Shown here in pieces: positions 51,459 through 61,590 of a stretch of 64,000 nucleotides of DNA; position 1 is the stretch's first letter, and each line of letters begins with the position of its first letter. The position numbers were made by a program, and so were the translations under genes. The notes below the pieces were generated by a model. It was given only the letters and a program-made list of their open reading frames with translations. It did no database searches and was not told where the DNA came from. The stretch is from an uncultured Gammaproteobacteria bacterium. GTDB taxonomy: Bacteria; Pseudomonadota; Gammaproteobacteria; JABCZS01. Location of the stretch: positions 1,312,001-1,376,000 of the forward strand of contig CAWKDC010000001.1 of NCBI GenBank assembly GCA_963848305.1, written 5' to 3'.

Positions 51459-53133
51459 TTCGCTGAAAACCTATTATGATCGTGAATGGAAGCGTTTACA
51501 AACAGATGCCAAGGTGTTTTCTAAAGCTTATCCTGAGCAAGCCGGTCATTTGCATTTGGATGCACCTTTTGGCAGGGATCCCAATATTGATCATTTGCTT
51601 CAAGGTTGTACGTATCTCGCTGCACAAATTCATCATCATATCGATAAAACATCAGATGATATGCCTACCCAATTAATGATGCAATTGTGGCCGCAGCTTC
51701 TCCAGGATGTGCCTTCATATTCGATCGCACAATTTAAAATGACATCGCGCATGGCGCCTTCGCAACGTGTTCCTGCGAAAACGCCGCTGGTCAGCAAGCC
51801 AGTGGGAGATGAAGAGATATCGTGTCGATTTGAAACCGTGAATGATCTGTCAGTCTACCCATTTGACATTCACACTGTATCCATCAAACATCATCAAAAA
51901 GCTGTGAGTTTTGTCATCAACGCTGCTTTTGAAAGGCCATTTTTGTTGAACAACATCGATCAGTTATTCTTTTATTTGTCAGATGATCATGTCAACGCCT
52001 GCATATTTTATCATTTTTTGAGACAACATTGCATAAAGGTTGAGTTATGTGTAGAGGGGGCTGTTATTCATCAAGAGTTGAAAATTAATTTCCCAATAAA
52101 CACAAAAAACCGTGCTGAATCAGATTTGATTTCGTATCAATATCTTTTTGATTATTTTTCATTTTTACAGCAATATTTTATATTGTCACTCTCTGGGTTT
52201 TCATTGATGCCAGATAAATTGGATGCTAAGCAATTTGAGGTCGTCTTTCACTTTGATCGTCCATTTCCAAATTTCTATTCTATGGGCAACACATCAATCA
52301 CATTGAATACTGCATTGATTGTCAATACATTTTCCATAGATTGCGAGCCGATAGAATATGATCACGCTCATTATCAATATCCTGTTTGTGCTGATAGATA
52401 TCATGCTGACGTGGTAAGGATATGTTCCATCGAATCAGTCCAAGGAATAGATAGGAACACTGGATCTGTCACAGAATACAGCCCACTGTCGCATCTTGAA
52501 GATGTTTTACGCCCATCGTACACAGTATCTCGCGACCAGGGTAATCGCGCTCAATATTCTGTCAGCTGCTTTAACACAGTATTGTCACCACAAGTTTTAT
52601 CCATCAAGGCAACAGTGTGTCAAGGGTTTTATCCAAAACGTTTTGTGCCGCTCAACAGTTTATCGCTTTCAGCCTCATCGATGAGTCACCTCTGCAGTGC
52701 GACAAATATCCTGACTCCAACTCAGATGTTGTCTCCACCAATAGGTCTTGTATCAAAACATTTTATTCGATATTTTACATTGAATTTAGAGAGTGTGCTA
52801 TCAGCTGATCCTTTAAAGGCATTGCTTCGAGCATTGAATTGGTCGAATGATGCGCAACACAAAAAACGTATTGACGGGATTCTGTCGATAACGTCTGAAT
52901 TAAAATCTCGAGTGATGCGAGGGGCATTTTGCATTGTCATTGATATTCAATTACAACTGAAAAGTGACTGCTTTGTTTCTGCTGGCGATATGTATCTGTT
53001 CGGCGATGTGTTGCATGCATTTTTTAAAGCGAAAACCTCGCTTGGTCAGATGATTGCACTTACTGTCATCACTTATCCTGAGGAGTATGAATTTGTATGG
53101 AAACCGCAATGCGGGATAAAACATTTGCTATAA
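51445..53133 (+). CDS. tssF: T6SS baseplate TssF
   Basis: YY.RE...L......F...YP..A..L, DP....L..G..YL.A, PS.SI.QF, Y..L..YF.F, N.F...EPI, YLFG.VL..FF. Confidence 0.92.
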   Translation: MSVSDSLKTYYDREWKRLQTDAKVFSKAYPEQAGHLHLDAPFGRDPNIDHLLQGCTYLAAQIHHHIDKTSDDMPTQLMMQLWPQLLQDVPSYSIAQFKMTSRMAPSQRVPAKTPLVSKPVGDEEISCRFETVNDLSVYPFDIHTVSIKHHQKAVSFVINAAFERPFLLNNIDQLFFYLSDDHVNACIFYHFLRQHCIKVELCVEGAVIHQELKINFPINTKNRAESDLISYQYLFDYFSFLQQYFILSLSGFSLMPDKLDAKQFEVVFHFDRPFPNFYSMGNTSITLNTALIVNTFSIDCEPIEYDHAHYQYPVCADRYHADVVRICSIESVQGIDRNTGSVTEYSPLSHLEDVLRPSYTVSRDQGNRAQYSVSCFNTVLSPQVLSIKATVCQGFYPKRFVPLNSLSLSASSMSHLCSATNILTPTQMLSPPIGLVSKHFIRYFTLNLESVLSADPLKALLRALNWSNDAQHKKRIDGILSITSELKSRVMRGAFCIVIDIQLQLKSDCFVSAGDMYLFGDVLHAFFKAKTSLGQMIALTVITYPEEYEFVWKPQCGIKHLL

Positions 53134-53967
53134 CTGCATTGCCATCTGCTTGCCATTTTTTTCAGTGGGTTCGGATCCATGAAGAGTATGCTGGCTGCGA
53201 TATTTTTAACATGATCAAGCCCACTCATTCATTGGGTTTTTCTGTTCAGGATTTTAAAGTGTTTACAAACGACAATGTTCAGTGCATTGAAGTGAATTTT
53301 TTATCCTTACTGGGCGCGATGTCGCCCTTGCCGCATCACTTATCTTCTACTGACATTGAATCAGAGGCTTATCACTCATTCATTCACTTATTGAATCGCA
53401 TTTTTTACCGTGCATTCTATGCCGCATGGAAATCTACCCATGCATATTATTTTCAATCGGATCGTGGGATGTATCGAGAGTATTTCTCTCATCTTGCGCC
53501 ATCCCCCTTTTTGGCAACATCATTTTTCCAGTATACCCCTACAATAGCCGGCTTGCGAAGTTTATTGCATCGCGTTTGTCATCCTGTGCCCGTGTCTGCG
53601 TACATCGAATCTTGTTACCGTGATATTTCCGTTGGTCAAGCATTGTTAGGTTCACTGTCAAGCTTGTCAAGCAATGCGATATTAGGTGCACGCGTTTTAT
53701 CACAGCAAGGACAATTGCGATTGAAATTTGACCATTGTCTTGCGTCGAAGCAAAACAATGGTTGCCTTCTGAAAAGAAGGCAGTTTTATTTTATCTTTAT
53801 TGAATCGCTATGGTGCATCATGTTTGGCATTGTGCTTTGAAATATTGATTGATGCGCAGATCACACAATCTTGTTTAGGCGCGGGCGATCAATTGTCTCG
53901 CTATGCATTTCTGGGGAAGAGTGGGCGGAAAACCGCCATGTTTTGCTGGATCCCGGATAAACGCTGA
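53097..53967 (+). CDS. tssG: T6SS baseplate TssG (apparent frameshifts near 53730 and 53788)
   Basis: FFQ.VR, SLGF, NF.SL.G..SPLP, FY.AW, LG.R. Shifted frames restore (G)PL...WLP and LG...L...AFLG. Confidence 0.8.
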
Positions 53968-53985
53968 CGCGTTTTCCGGGATGAC
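53947..53985. repeat. palindromic REP-like element at T6SS right end
   Basis: TGGATCCCGGATAAACGCTGACGCGTTTTCCGGGATGAC; shares CCCGGATA...TTCCGGGATG with the hairpin at 37796-37826. Confidence 0.6.
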
Positions 53986-54012
53986 GTGTTCACAAAATAA
54001 ATTGCTGTGACC

Positions 54013-55239
54013 CTAATTTGACGCCTTATTCTTCTCTTTCTTCACATCCGGCGCTTGCGGTGGTAACTTGGAGTTCACTACGATGGAAGCGATAAATGCT
54101 GCAGCTAAAAAGATAATCACTTTTGCGACATAATCATCACTTTCAAAGAAGGCCAGACCAGAAATATCATCCTTTTTAAACATGGCCAAAGTACTGGCCA
54201 CACCCAAGAATGCCAAGGGTGCATTAGCTGCTGCATTGATTGGCCAGAATGTGAGAAATGTGTTTTTCTTCCATCCTTCAATTGGTTTTTCTTCATCTTG
54301 ATCTTTTTCATCAAAGCCATTTTTTTCCGAATCCAGATAAGATTTCATGAGACCCTTTGCGCGATCCATGTAAAGCGGCACTTGGGTGAGGGTGATCAGG
54401 ATCAATAATGTGAGCGCGGCATATTCGCTGCCTGCGGAGGTCTCAATGTCGTCTAAAGGTGTATGGTCGCCACCGACCCAGGTAAACCATTTTGCGAGGG
54501 TGGGCGTGCAAATGAGTGCAGTGCCAAGCACGCCTATCACGATCGATCCCAGAAGGAAATAATATCCCATTTTTGCACCTGGTTTTGAATTCTCAAAATC
54601 AGGTAACAGCGCCTGTATCGATTTTTTATCAGAGATTTTTTCAAAGGCTTCTCGCATGGGCTTGAGCATCAGGCGAAATTCGGCATACCCTACAACACAC
54701 GTAAAGATGGCAATTGAAATCCACGCTTTACCATTGCGATCGGGATTTTCATCCTCAACAAGATCCTTGCTAGAGCCAAATTCATCCATTAATGAGTCGA
54801 TAGTCGCTTGCAAACCATAAGCTGTGATCAAACCCAGTACAAATGCAGACAGCAAGGTGGCGATCCAAGCACTACGGTGCGCATTTTTATGTCGTTCTTG
54901 TGCGGCTTCTGTTTTGTCTTTATGTACCAGCCCCTTGATGATGTCCTCACGAACCAACATGCCGTTGATAATCAAGACGCTGAGAAATGCAATGCCTGCT
55001 AAGGGTGCAGCGTAAGACCAGTCGATGTCGATGTGCGTATCCCCATCAGGCATACTCGGGTCGTTCGGGACTTCATTGCCCAACAGGAGTAGCATATAGC
55101 CTGCAGTGCCCCCCGCTTGGAGCAGGCCGTAACCCATCATGGATAAAAGATAGGCGAGATAGAGACGCGCTTGTGCGTGTTTTTTATATTTTGATGATTC
55201 ATCATAGTTAGTATCTGCGAACCACTGCGACGTTGTCAT
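54013..55239 (-). CDS. orphan multi-pass (about 8 TM) membrane protein
   Basis: GGGGG RBS-like sequence before ATG 55239; four hydrophobic hairpins with acidic loops. Confidence 0.8.
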   Translation of the reverse strand: MTTSQWFADTNYDESSKYKKHAQARLYLAYLLSMMGYGLLQAGGTAGYMLLLLGNEVPNDPSMPDGDTHIDIDWSYAAPLAGIAFLSVLIINGMLVREDIIKGLVHKDKTEAAQERHKNAHRSAWIATLLSAFVLGLITAYGLQATIDSLMDEFGSSKDLVEDENPDRNGKAWISIAIFTCVVGYAEFRLMLKPMREAFEKISDKKSIQALLPDFENSKPGAKMGYYFLLGSIVIGVLGTALICTPTLAKWFTWVGGDHTPLDDIETSAGSEYAALTLLILITLTQVPLYMDRAKGLMKSYLDSEKNGFDEKDQDEEKPIEGWKKNTFLTFWPINAAANAPLAFLGVASTLAMFKKDDISGLAFFESDDYVAKVIIFLAAAFIASIVVNSKLPPQAPDVKKEKNKASN

Positions 55240-55354
55240 ACTACCCCCAAACCCATCCACCCAATAATCCAGCTTACCGAAATCGCCACATAATTGCAAT
55301 CAATTCATTAACATTACTCTATAATTAAGGCATTCCATCACAGGGCCGAATGAA

Positions 55355-56173
55355 ATGAGCAGACCTCAATCCATTGATTTATCAGCATTAAAATCAACTC
55401 TGCCCGCGAGAAACGTAACCGCTCATAAAGGTGATTTCGGGACAATTTTAGTGATTGGCGGCTCGCCAGGGATGTCCGGCGCGGTGCTTTTGGCCGGCGA
55501 AGCGGCATTGCGGGCTGGGGCAGGCCGGGTGATCATTGCCACGCATCCTGAGCATGCCGCTTGCCTCAACGTGGATTGCCCTGAATTGATGGTGTACCCC
55601 GTATTAACGGGTGAAGCGCTCGCGCCCTTACTCGCCCAAGCCAGCCACATCGTGCTGGAACCGGGTTTGGCGGCTGATGCTGCGGGCATTGAACTCTTCC
55701 AAACCACACTGGCCACTCAGAAACCCTGCGTGATCGACGCAGGGGCATTAGCCATCATGGCGACTCACCCATTTTCTTATCCGCATGGTATCTTAACGCC
55801 TCATCCTGGCGAGGCTGCTCGGTTGCTGGGTATCTCTGTGGAAGATGTCCAAGCAAACAGACCGGCTGCAGCACGTCGTCTTCAGACCCTGTGTCAGGGT
55901 GTGATTGTTTTAAAGGGGCATGATACCTTGATTGATGATGGCAATGACTTGTATGTGTCTCACGCAGGCAATCCCGGGATGGCCACGGCGGGGATGGGAG
56001 ATGTGTTATCGGGCGTGATTGCCGGGTTGTGGCCTCAAGTGGGCACCGCATCGTTGGCTGCGCAATGGGGTGTGGCATTACATGGCACTGCCGGTGATCA
56101 AGCTGCAAAAGCGGGGATGCGGGGGTTGATTGCGAGTGATTTGTTGCCGTTCATTCGTTCATTATTGGGATAA
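55355..56173 (+). CDS. nnrD: NAD(P)HX dehydratase (stand-alone, no epimerase domain)
   Basis: HKGDFG...VIGG..GM.GA, V.DA.AL, LTPHPGEA, LKG, MAT.GMGDVLSG. Confidence 0.92.
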   Translation: MSRPQSIDLSALKSTLPARNVTAHKGDFGTILVIGGSPGMSGAVLLAGEAALRAGAGRVIIATHPEHAACLNVDCPELMVYPVLTGEALAPLLAQASHIVLEPGLAADAAGIELFQTTLATQKPCVIDAGALAIMATHPFSYPHGILTPHPGEAARLLGISVEDVQANRPAAARRLQTLCQGVIVLKGHDTLIDDGNDLYVSHAGNPGMATAGMGDVLSGVIAGLWPQVGTASLAAQWGVALHGTAGDQAAKAGMRGLIASDLLPFIRSLLG

Positions 56174-56175
56174 GT

Positions 56176-56634
56176 ATGAAATTTGTGTTAAAAAATGAAG
56201 CAGAGACTTTACGTTTTGGTGAAATTGTGGCGCAAGTTGTCGATCATATCTCGGTTTTGTACTTGAAAGGATCTTTGGGTGCGGGCAAAACCACATTCGC
56301 CAGAGGGCTGCTGCGTGGCATGGGCCATGAAGGTTTTGTGAAAAGTCCTACCTTCACACTCGTTGAACCTTACTTAGACACAAAAAAACCTGTTTATCAT
56401 TTCGATTTATATCGTTTAAATGACCCAGAAGCGCTAGAATACATGGGGATACGTGATTATTTGAGTAACAAACATTTATGTGTGTTTGAATGGCCGGAGT
56501 TGGGGGGCGACCATGTTCCTGCGGCGGATCTCACCATTCAGTTTGAGTTTAAAGGCGAGGGGCGTGTGGCACACTGCTTTGCTGGCAGCGACCAAGGAAT
56601 GAAGGCATGCGAGTATTTACAAAAACATGTGTAG
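56176..56634 (+). CDS. tsaE: tRNA t6A biosynthesis ATPase TsaE
   Basis: L.G.LGAGKT, VKSPTF.LVEPY, YHFDLYRL, EWP. Confidence 0.96.
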   Translation: MKFVLKNEAETLRFGEIVAQVVDHISVLYLKGSLGAGKTTFARGLLRGMGHEGFVKSPTFTLVEPYLDTKKPVYHFDLYRLNDPEALEYMGIRDYLSNKHLCVFEWPELGGDHVPAADLTIQFEFKGEGRVAHCFAGSDQGMKACEYLQKHV

Positions 56635-57791
56635 CGTTGATGATCAGCGTGTTGCTTGGGCCGCTGGCTACCTGGGCTTCACAGATCAAAGAAATGCGCG
56701 TTTGGCCGCAGCCAGGTACTACGCGTGTCGTGTTCGATTTATCAGGTCCTGTAGAATACAAAGCATTCACGATTGAAAATCCTCACCGCTTGGTATTGGA
56801 TATCCAAAAAAGCCAATCTGTCATGACCGAACCGAGGTTTGATTGGGCACAAACACCTATTAAAGGTGTGCGCACCAGTCCGCAAGCGAATGGGGATATC
56901 CGCATTGTGTTTGATCTGCGTCGCCCTATTAAAGAAGACACGTTCACACTCAAGCCAAATGGGCCTTACGGCCATCGTTTGGTGATTGACATGAATGATA
57001 TTGGCCAGGCAGCGCCTGTTGCCGCGACACCCGCGGCCAAGCCTACGACGACTGCCCGTTCCCCCCAACGCGCTTTTATTGTGGCGATTGATGCGGGGCA
57101 TGGCGGGGAAGATCCCGGCGCGGCTGCCAAAGGCACCCGCGAGAAAGATGTTGCGCTTCAAATTGCCAAAGAATTGCATGCACAAATGTCCAAACAAAAG
57201 GGGTTGAAGCCTGTGCTGGTGCGTTCGGGTGATTATTTTATCCCACTGCGAACACGTATCACCAAGGCCCGTCAAGCACAAGCGGATTTATTCATTTCCA
57301 TTCATGCCGATGCGTTTCACCGCAAACAGGCGAAGGGCGCATCCGTGTATACCCTTTCTTCGCGTGGAGCCTCGAGTGAAGCCGCGCGTTGGTTAGCAGA
57401 AAGTGAAAACCGGGCGGATTTGGTCGGTGGCGTTAGCTTGAATGACAAGGATGATGTGCTGGCGAAAGTGCTATTGGACTTGTCCCAAACCATGAGCAGC
57501 GAATCATCTTTTACCGTGGGGAATGCCGTGTTGAAACGTCTCGGTCGAGTGACAGACTTGCACGGCAATCGCGTTCAGCAAGCTGGGTTTGCAGTGTTGA
57601 AGTCGCCTGATATTCCGTCCATTTTGGTGGAAACCGAGTTCATTTCAAACCCTGCCTCTGAGCAGAAATTGCGCTCGAAAGCCTATCAGCGTGAGGTCGC
57701 TCAAGCCATTTTGGCCGGTGTGAATGAATACCTTCAAGACAATGCCCACCAGTATCAAGACTTACCGATTGCTCAGCCTGTCACGCGGTAA
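56607..57791 (+). CDS. amiB: N-acetylmuramoyl-L-alanine amidase (AMIN + Amidase_3)
   Basis: AMIN repeats, IDAGHGGEDPGA, EK, F.SIHADA, VLKSPDIPSILVE; tsaE-ami-mutL context. Confidence 0.9.
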   Translation: MRVFTKTCVALMISVLLGPLATWASQIKEMRVWPQPGTTRVVFDLSGPVEYKAFTIENPHRLVLDIQKSQSVMTEPRFDWAQTPIKGVRTSPQANGDIRIVFDLRRPIKEDTFTLKPNGPYGHRLVIDMNDIGQAAPVAATPAAKPTTTARSPQRAFIVAIDAGHGGEDPGAAAKGTREKDVALQIAKELHAQMSKQKGLKPVLVRSGDYFIPLRTRITKARQAQADLFISIHADAFHRKQAKGASVYTLSSRGASSEAARWLAESENRADLVGGVSLNDKDDVLAKVLLDLSQTMSSESSFTVGNAVLKRLGRVTDLHGNRVQQAGFAVLKSPDIPSILVETEFISNPASEQKLRSKAYQREVAQAILAGVNEYLQDNAHQYQDLPIAQPVTR

Positions 57792-57799
57792 AAAAATGC

Positions 57800-57828
57800 T
57801 TGACATTGATCCCCCCTAGTCCTAAGAT
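57800..57828 (+). promoter_or_regulatory. sigma70 promoter of inserted membrane-protein gene
   Basis: TTGACA-17-TAAGAT. Confidence 0.6.
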
Positions 57829-57868
57829 GCGTAGCTCAAACCTTTCTCAATGCATTGGGGGGCGTGGT

Positions 57869-58966
57869 ATGGCAGCAGTAATTATCGAAGAAGAAAACGA
57901 ACCACCGGGCGGACAACAGCAGATTCGTGGCAGGATAGCTGCGCTTGCACAAATACAAGAAAGTGAAGATACTAAAGCTAAAGCTCAACGCGAATGGGAT
58001 TCTCTCCGCCGCTGGAACAATGCCGGCGAATTTGCCGCCATTATCGGTGCATTGGCCGCAGGCGCAGCTTCAACCGCGTACTTCTCCATCATGTGGGAAA
58101 ATCCAGTTTGGGAAGAGGGGGATTTCCTGCTGCCTTCCGCCATCTTTATGGCGGTATCTGCTGCCAGTTGGTATATGTACCGCCTGGATGTCGTGGAATC
58201 CTTTATTTTGTCATTCTCATCGATCAAGCTTCAGCAAGAACAAGACAATAGCTGTGGCAATAAATATCCTATTTGTTTAGTGCTCCTTGCCCTCGCCGTG
58301 TTGTTCACTGTGTCTATGGATCTGTCTTTAACAGGTTTCGGTGTATTTGAGTTTTTTGAGGGTGATCAAAACGCGCAGATTGGATTTGTGATCGCTGTTT
58401 GTGCTGCGTCCCTCTTCGCGGAAGGGGCTCAGCAATTCAAATATATCAAAGATGTCTTTGATTGGAACAAACTGAAAGCCATGGTGAAACCTCCTGAAAG
58501 CGCATCCGGGTCGTTTTATGTGTATAGTTTTGCCAGTTTGTTTGCGATGACATTCTATGGCATGACAGTTTTTCGCTTGCTGGAAGAAATGGGGGATGCT
58601 TTCGCCATAGCATTGGTGACCCTGTATGTTTTATTCAGCATGCCATACTATTGCAACAAAGCCGCTGATCAAGTGCGTGCTGATAAAAATTCAACTACAA
58701 TCATATTCAGCAGATTCAACGCAGCACGTGCGGGCAATATGTTGGGAGATATTTGTTTTTCTTTATATGGTTTTTTTGAAACCATGCGAGCAACAGGGCA
58801 GCTTGAAAAACCGCACGATCTCATAGAGAATATCGATGATTTTAAAACCCAAGGTTTATTATTCCTGGGATTATTGGTCGTGGTCGCCACGTGTGTTTCT
58901 TCCTACACACTGACGGCGGAATGCAATAAAGATGGTTACTTCAAAAGGTTGAACAAATTGAAATGA
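57869..58966 (+). CDS. orphan multi-pass (about 8 TM) membrane protein inserted between amiB and mutL
   Basis: Open ORF with four hydrophobic hairpins; stop overlaps the mutL start (ATGA). Confidence 0.8.
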   Translation: MAAVIIEEENEPPGGQQQIRGRIAALAQIQESEDTKAKAQREWDSLRRWNNAGEFAAIIGALAAGAASTAYFSIMWENPVWEEGDFLLPSAIFMAVSAASWYMYRLDVVESFILSFSSIKLQQEQDNSCGNKYPICLVLLALAVLFTVSMDLSLTGFGVFEFFEGDQNAQIGFVIAVCAASLFAEGAQQFKYIKDVFDWNKLKAMVKPPESASGSFYVYSFASLFAMTFYGMTVFRLLEEMGDAFAIALVTLYVLFSMPYYCNKAADQVRADKNSTTIIFSRFNAARAGNMLGDICFSLYGFFETMRATGQLEKPHDLIENIDDFKTQGLLFLGLLVVVATCVSSYTLTAECNKDGYFKRLNKLK

Positions 58967-60519
58967 ATGATCGCATTCAACTCCTTTCCCCTTTTTTGTC
59001 AAACCAAATTGCCGCCGGTGAAGTGGTAGAACGACCTGCCTCTGTCGTGAAAGAATTGATTGAAAATAGTTTGGATGCGGGGGCGACGCAAATCAAATTA
59101 ATCCTCGAAAAAGGCGGTACGACTTTAATCCGCATTGAAGACAATGGCCGTGGCATTCATCCCGATGATATGTTATTGGCATTGGCTGCGCATTCTACGA
59201 GTAAAATTGCGGCACCCTCCGATTTGGCACAAATCAGCACACTCGGGTTTCGCGGCGAAGCATTGGCGAGTATTGCATCTGTCTCGCGATTAACGCTGAC
59301 CTCTTGCCGCGCGCCACATGAAGCTTTGAGTGTTCATGTGGAAGGACGTGAGATGCGTCCTGTCGTGAAACCGGCTGCGCATCCGGTAGGGACGAGCGTG
59401 GAAGTGAAACATTTGTTTTTCAACACACCTGCGCGCCAAAAATTTTTAAAAAGTGAACGCAGTGAATTGCTCGCGATTGAAGAGGTGTTGAAAAGAATTG
59501 TGCTGATGCATCCTGCCGTGTCCTTTCATATGTATCACGATCACAAATGTATCAAGCGTTATGATCCAACGCAGGATTTCAAGCCGCGTATTCAACAAGT
59601 GTTGTCACGTGCATTCATTGACAAATCTTTTTACGTCGATGCCTCTATCACACAAATGCGGTTGTATGGATGGCTGGGGGCTTGTGAGGATGCGCGCTCC
59701 AGCCATGATCAAGCTCATTTTTATGTGAATGGCAGGCCTTTGCGCGATAAAGTATTGATGCACGCCGTGCGTTCAGCCTACGGTGATCAGCTATTTGTGG
59801 GTCGCTACCCATCCTATGTGTTATTTTTAGAGTGTGACCCTGCCAGTGTGGATGTGAATGTGCATCCAACTAAACATGAAGTGCGTTTCCGAGAAGCGCG
59901 GTTAGTGCATGATTTTATTGTGAGCACTGTACAACAATCAATTTCGCCAAATACCATGTCGGTGCCTTCGCAAGGAATCCCTGTGATTCCTCAACGTCCA
60001 TTCGTGCAATCCCCTGTTTTCAATGTGATGAAATCTGCAGAATTTACATTGGGTAAAATTGTTGCTGTGTTGTCTCAGTCCGTGGTCGTGTTGCAAAAAA
60101 ATGATCACTTGATCGCAATCGATTGGCAAACTACGCTGATAAAATATGCTGTGGCCCGTTTTCAACAAGATCAATCTTCAGGTGGAGTGTCCACATTTCC
60201 TTTATTAGAACCGATTACCTTGCCCGGCATTTTTTCCGATGAAACGATTGAGCATGATCAAGCGTTGGGTTTTGTGATCCAATGTGTTGCGAAATCACAT
60301 TATATCTTGCGTGAAATACCCCGATGTTTCCAGGGAGTGGATTGTCGCACAGTTGATTTTGCAAACATGACGGATATCGTCGCATCCTTTGCAAAAGCCT
60401 GGGCTGTTTCACATCCCATGGACCATCAATCTATCACACAAACATTAATCGGCTGTGAAGCCATATTGGGCATCGAGGGCATTGTTGCGCGCGATTATGC
60501 GCCGAGTGATTTTCTATAG
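58963..60519 (+). CDS. mutL: DNA mismatch repair protein MutL (short)
   Basis: NQIAAGEVVERPASVVKEL.ENS.DAGA, DNG.G, TLGFRGEALASI, VDVNVHP.K.EVRF. Confidence 0.95.
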   Translation: MNDRIQLLSPFLSNQIAAGEVVERPASVVKELIENSLDAGATQIKLILEKGGTTLIRIEDNGRGIHPDDMLLALAAHSTSKIAAPSDLAQISTLGFRGEALASIASVSRLTLTSCRAPHEALSVHVEGREMRPVVKPAAHPVGTSVEVKHLFFNTPARQKFLKSERSELLAIEEVLKRIVLMHPAVSFHMYHDHKCIKRYDPTQDFKPRIQQVLSRAFIDKSFYVDASITQMRLYGWLGACEDARSSHDQAHFYVNGRPLRDKVLMHAVRSAYGDQLFVGRYPSYVLFLECDPASVDVNVHPTKHEVRFREARLVHDFIVSTVQQSISPNTMSVPSQGIPVIPQRPFVQSPVFNVMKSAEFTLGKIVAVLSQSVVVLQKNDHLIAIDWQTTLIKYAVARFQQDQSSGGVSTFPLLEPITLPGIFSDETIEHDQALGFVIQCVAKSHYILREIPRCFQGVDCRTVDFANMTDIVASFAKAWAVSHPMDHQSITQTLIGCEAILGIEGIVARDYAPSDFL

Positions 60520-60534
60520 GGGTGCAGCATATTA

Positions 60535-61451
60535 ATGAAAAAAGTGATCTTCCTCATGGCCTGACCGGTTCGGGTAAAACGGCAATGGCGTTGAAAATGG
60601 CGGATGAAGGCAATGTCGCTTTGATCAGTGTCGACGCGACACAGGTGTATCGTGGGCTGGATATTGGCAGTGCGAAGTTATCGCCTGCATTATTACAACA
60701 ATACCCGCATGCATTGATTGATATCTGTGATCCCGCCACTCCTTATAATGTCGCTGATTTTTGTCGCGATGCGATGGCAGCCATTGAAACAGCATTTGAT
60801 CAATCTAAAACCCCTTTGCTGGTCGGCGGCACCATGATGTATTTTCGCGCATTGATGAATGGATTATCACAATTGCCTCACGCTGATCCCAGCATTCGCG
60901 CCGCGATTTTATCAGAAGCCCATGAACGCGGCTGGCCTGCATTGCATGCGGATTTGACAACATTTGATCCCATCACTGCAGAACGATTAAAATCGAACGA
61001 TGCACAACGCATTTCGCGTGCGATAGAAGTGTATCGCATGACAGGGCAACCCTTATCTACATTTCAATCCGCGACCACATCTGCTTTTCCGTATCCGATT
61101 GAAGCGATTGGTTTGATGCCGCACGATCGCGCCGTCTTGCATGCCAGGTTAGAAAAGCGGTTTGATGATATGCTTGCTGCTGGTTTTCTTGATGAAGTGC
61201 GTGCACTGCGTGCGCGCGGGGATTTGCACCGCGATTTACCTGCTTTAAAATCTGTTGGCTATGCGCAAGCTTGGGCGTATTTATCGGACGAGATTGATTT
61301 TGATACATTCCGCTATCAAAGTATCGTGGCCACACGTCAATTGGCCAAACGTCAAATGACCTGGCTCAGAAGTTGGCCGGGTGTTACTCTGAACGACCCA
61401 TCTGATCGAAATCATCCGGCACTTCAATTTCACCACGTAAAAAATCTGTGA
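60535..61451 (+). CDS. miaA: tRNA dimethylallyltransferase (apparent frameshift near 60560)
   Basis: MKKVIFLM(GP)TGSGKT, ISVD..QVYRG.DIG.AK, VGGT..Y, TRQLAKRQ.TW. Confidence 0.95.
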
Positions 61452-61590
61452 CTAGTCCAACTACTTTGACTTTGGGCTCCCCTGCTACGAAAGCATGAAG
61501 GTGATCCCCTTCTGTCGCCACGCTGATTGCCACCAACGCATTGAAGCCTTGGCAAGCCTTTTGTTTGGCTGATTTCAAGCTACTCAGCAT
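61384..61590 (-). CDS. orphan or degenerate Phd/YefM-type antitoxin
   Basis: AGEPKVKVVGL resembles the Phd motif AGKP.VKVVPL; FLRGEIEVPDDFDQMG resembles the common G.L.G.I.VPDDFD tail. No toxin gene follows. Confidence 0.55.
   Translation of the reverse strand: MLSSLKSAKQKACQGFNALVAISVATEGDHLHAFVAGEPKVKVVGLVTDFLRGEIEVPDDFDQMGRSE

Noticed and set aside
39826-53967. Prophage tail, tailocin or eCIS
   Set aside because: The TssJ-L-M membrane complex and TssK identify a T6SS; no capsid, tape-measure or lysis genes are present.
57630-57645. Amidase ETEF instead of ETGF as a meaningful variant
   Set aside because: Single substitution in an error-prone assembly, not at GGNCC; cannot be judged without reads.
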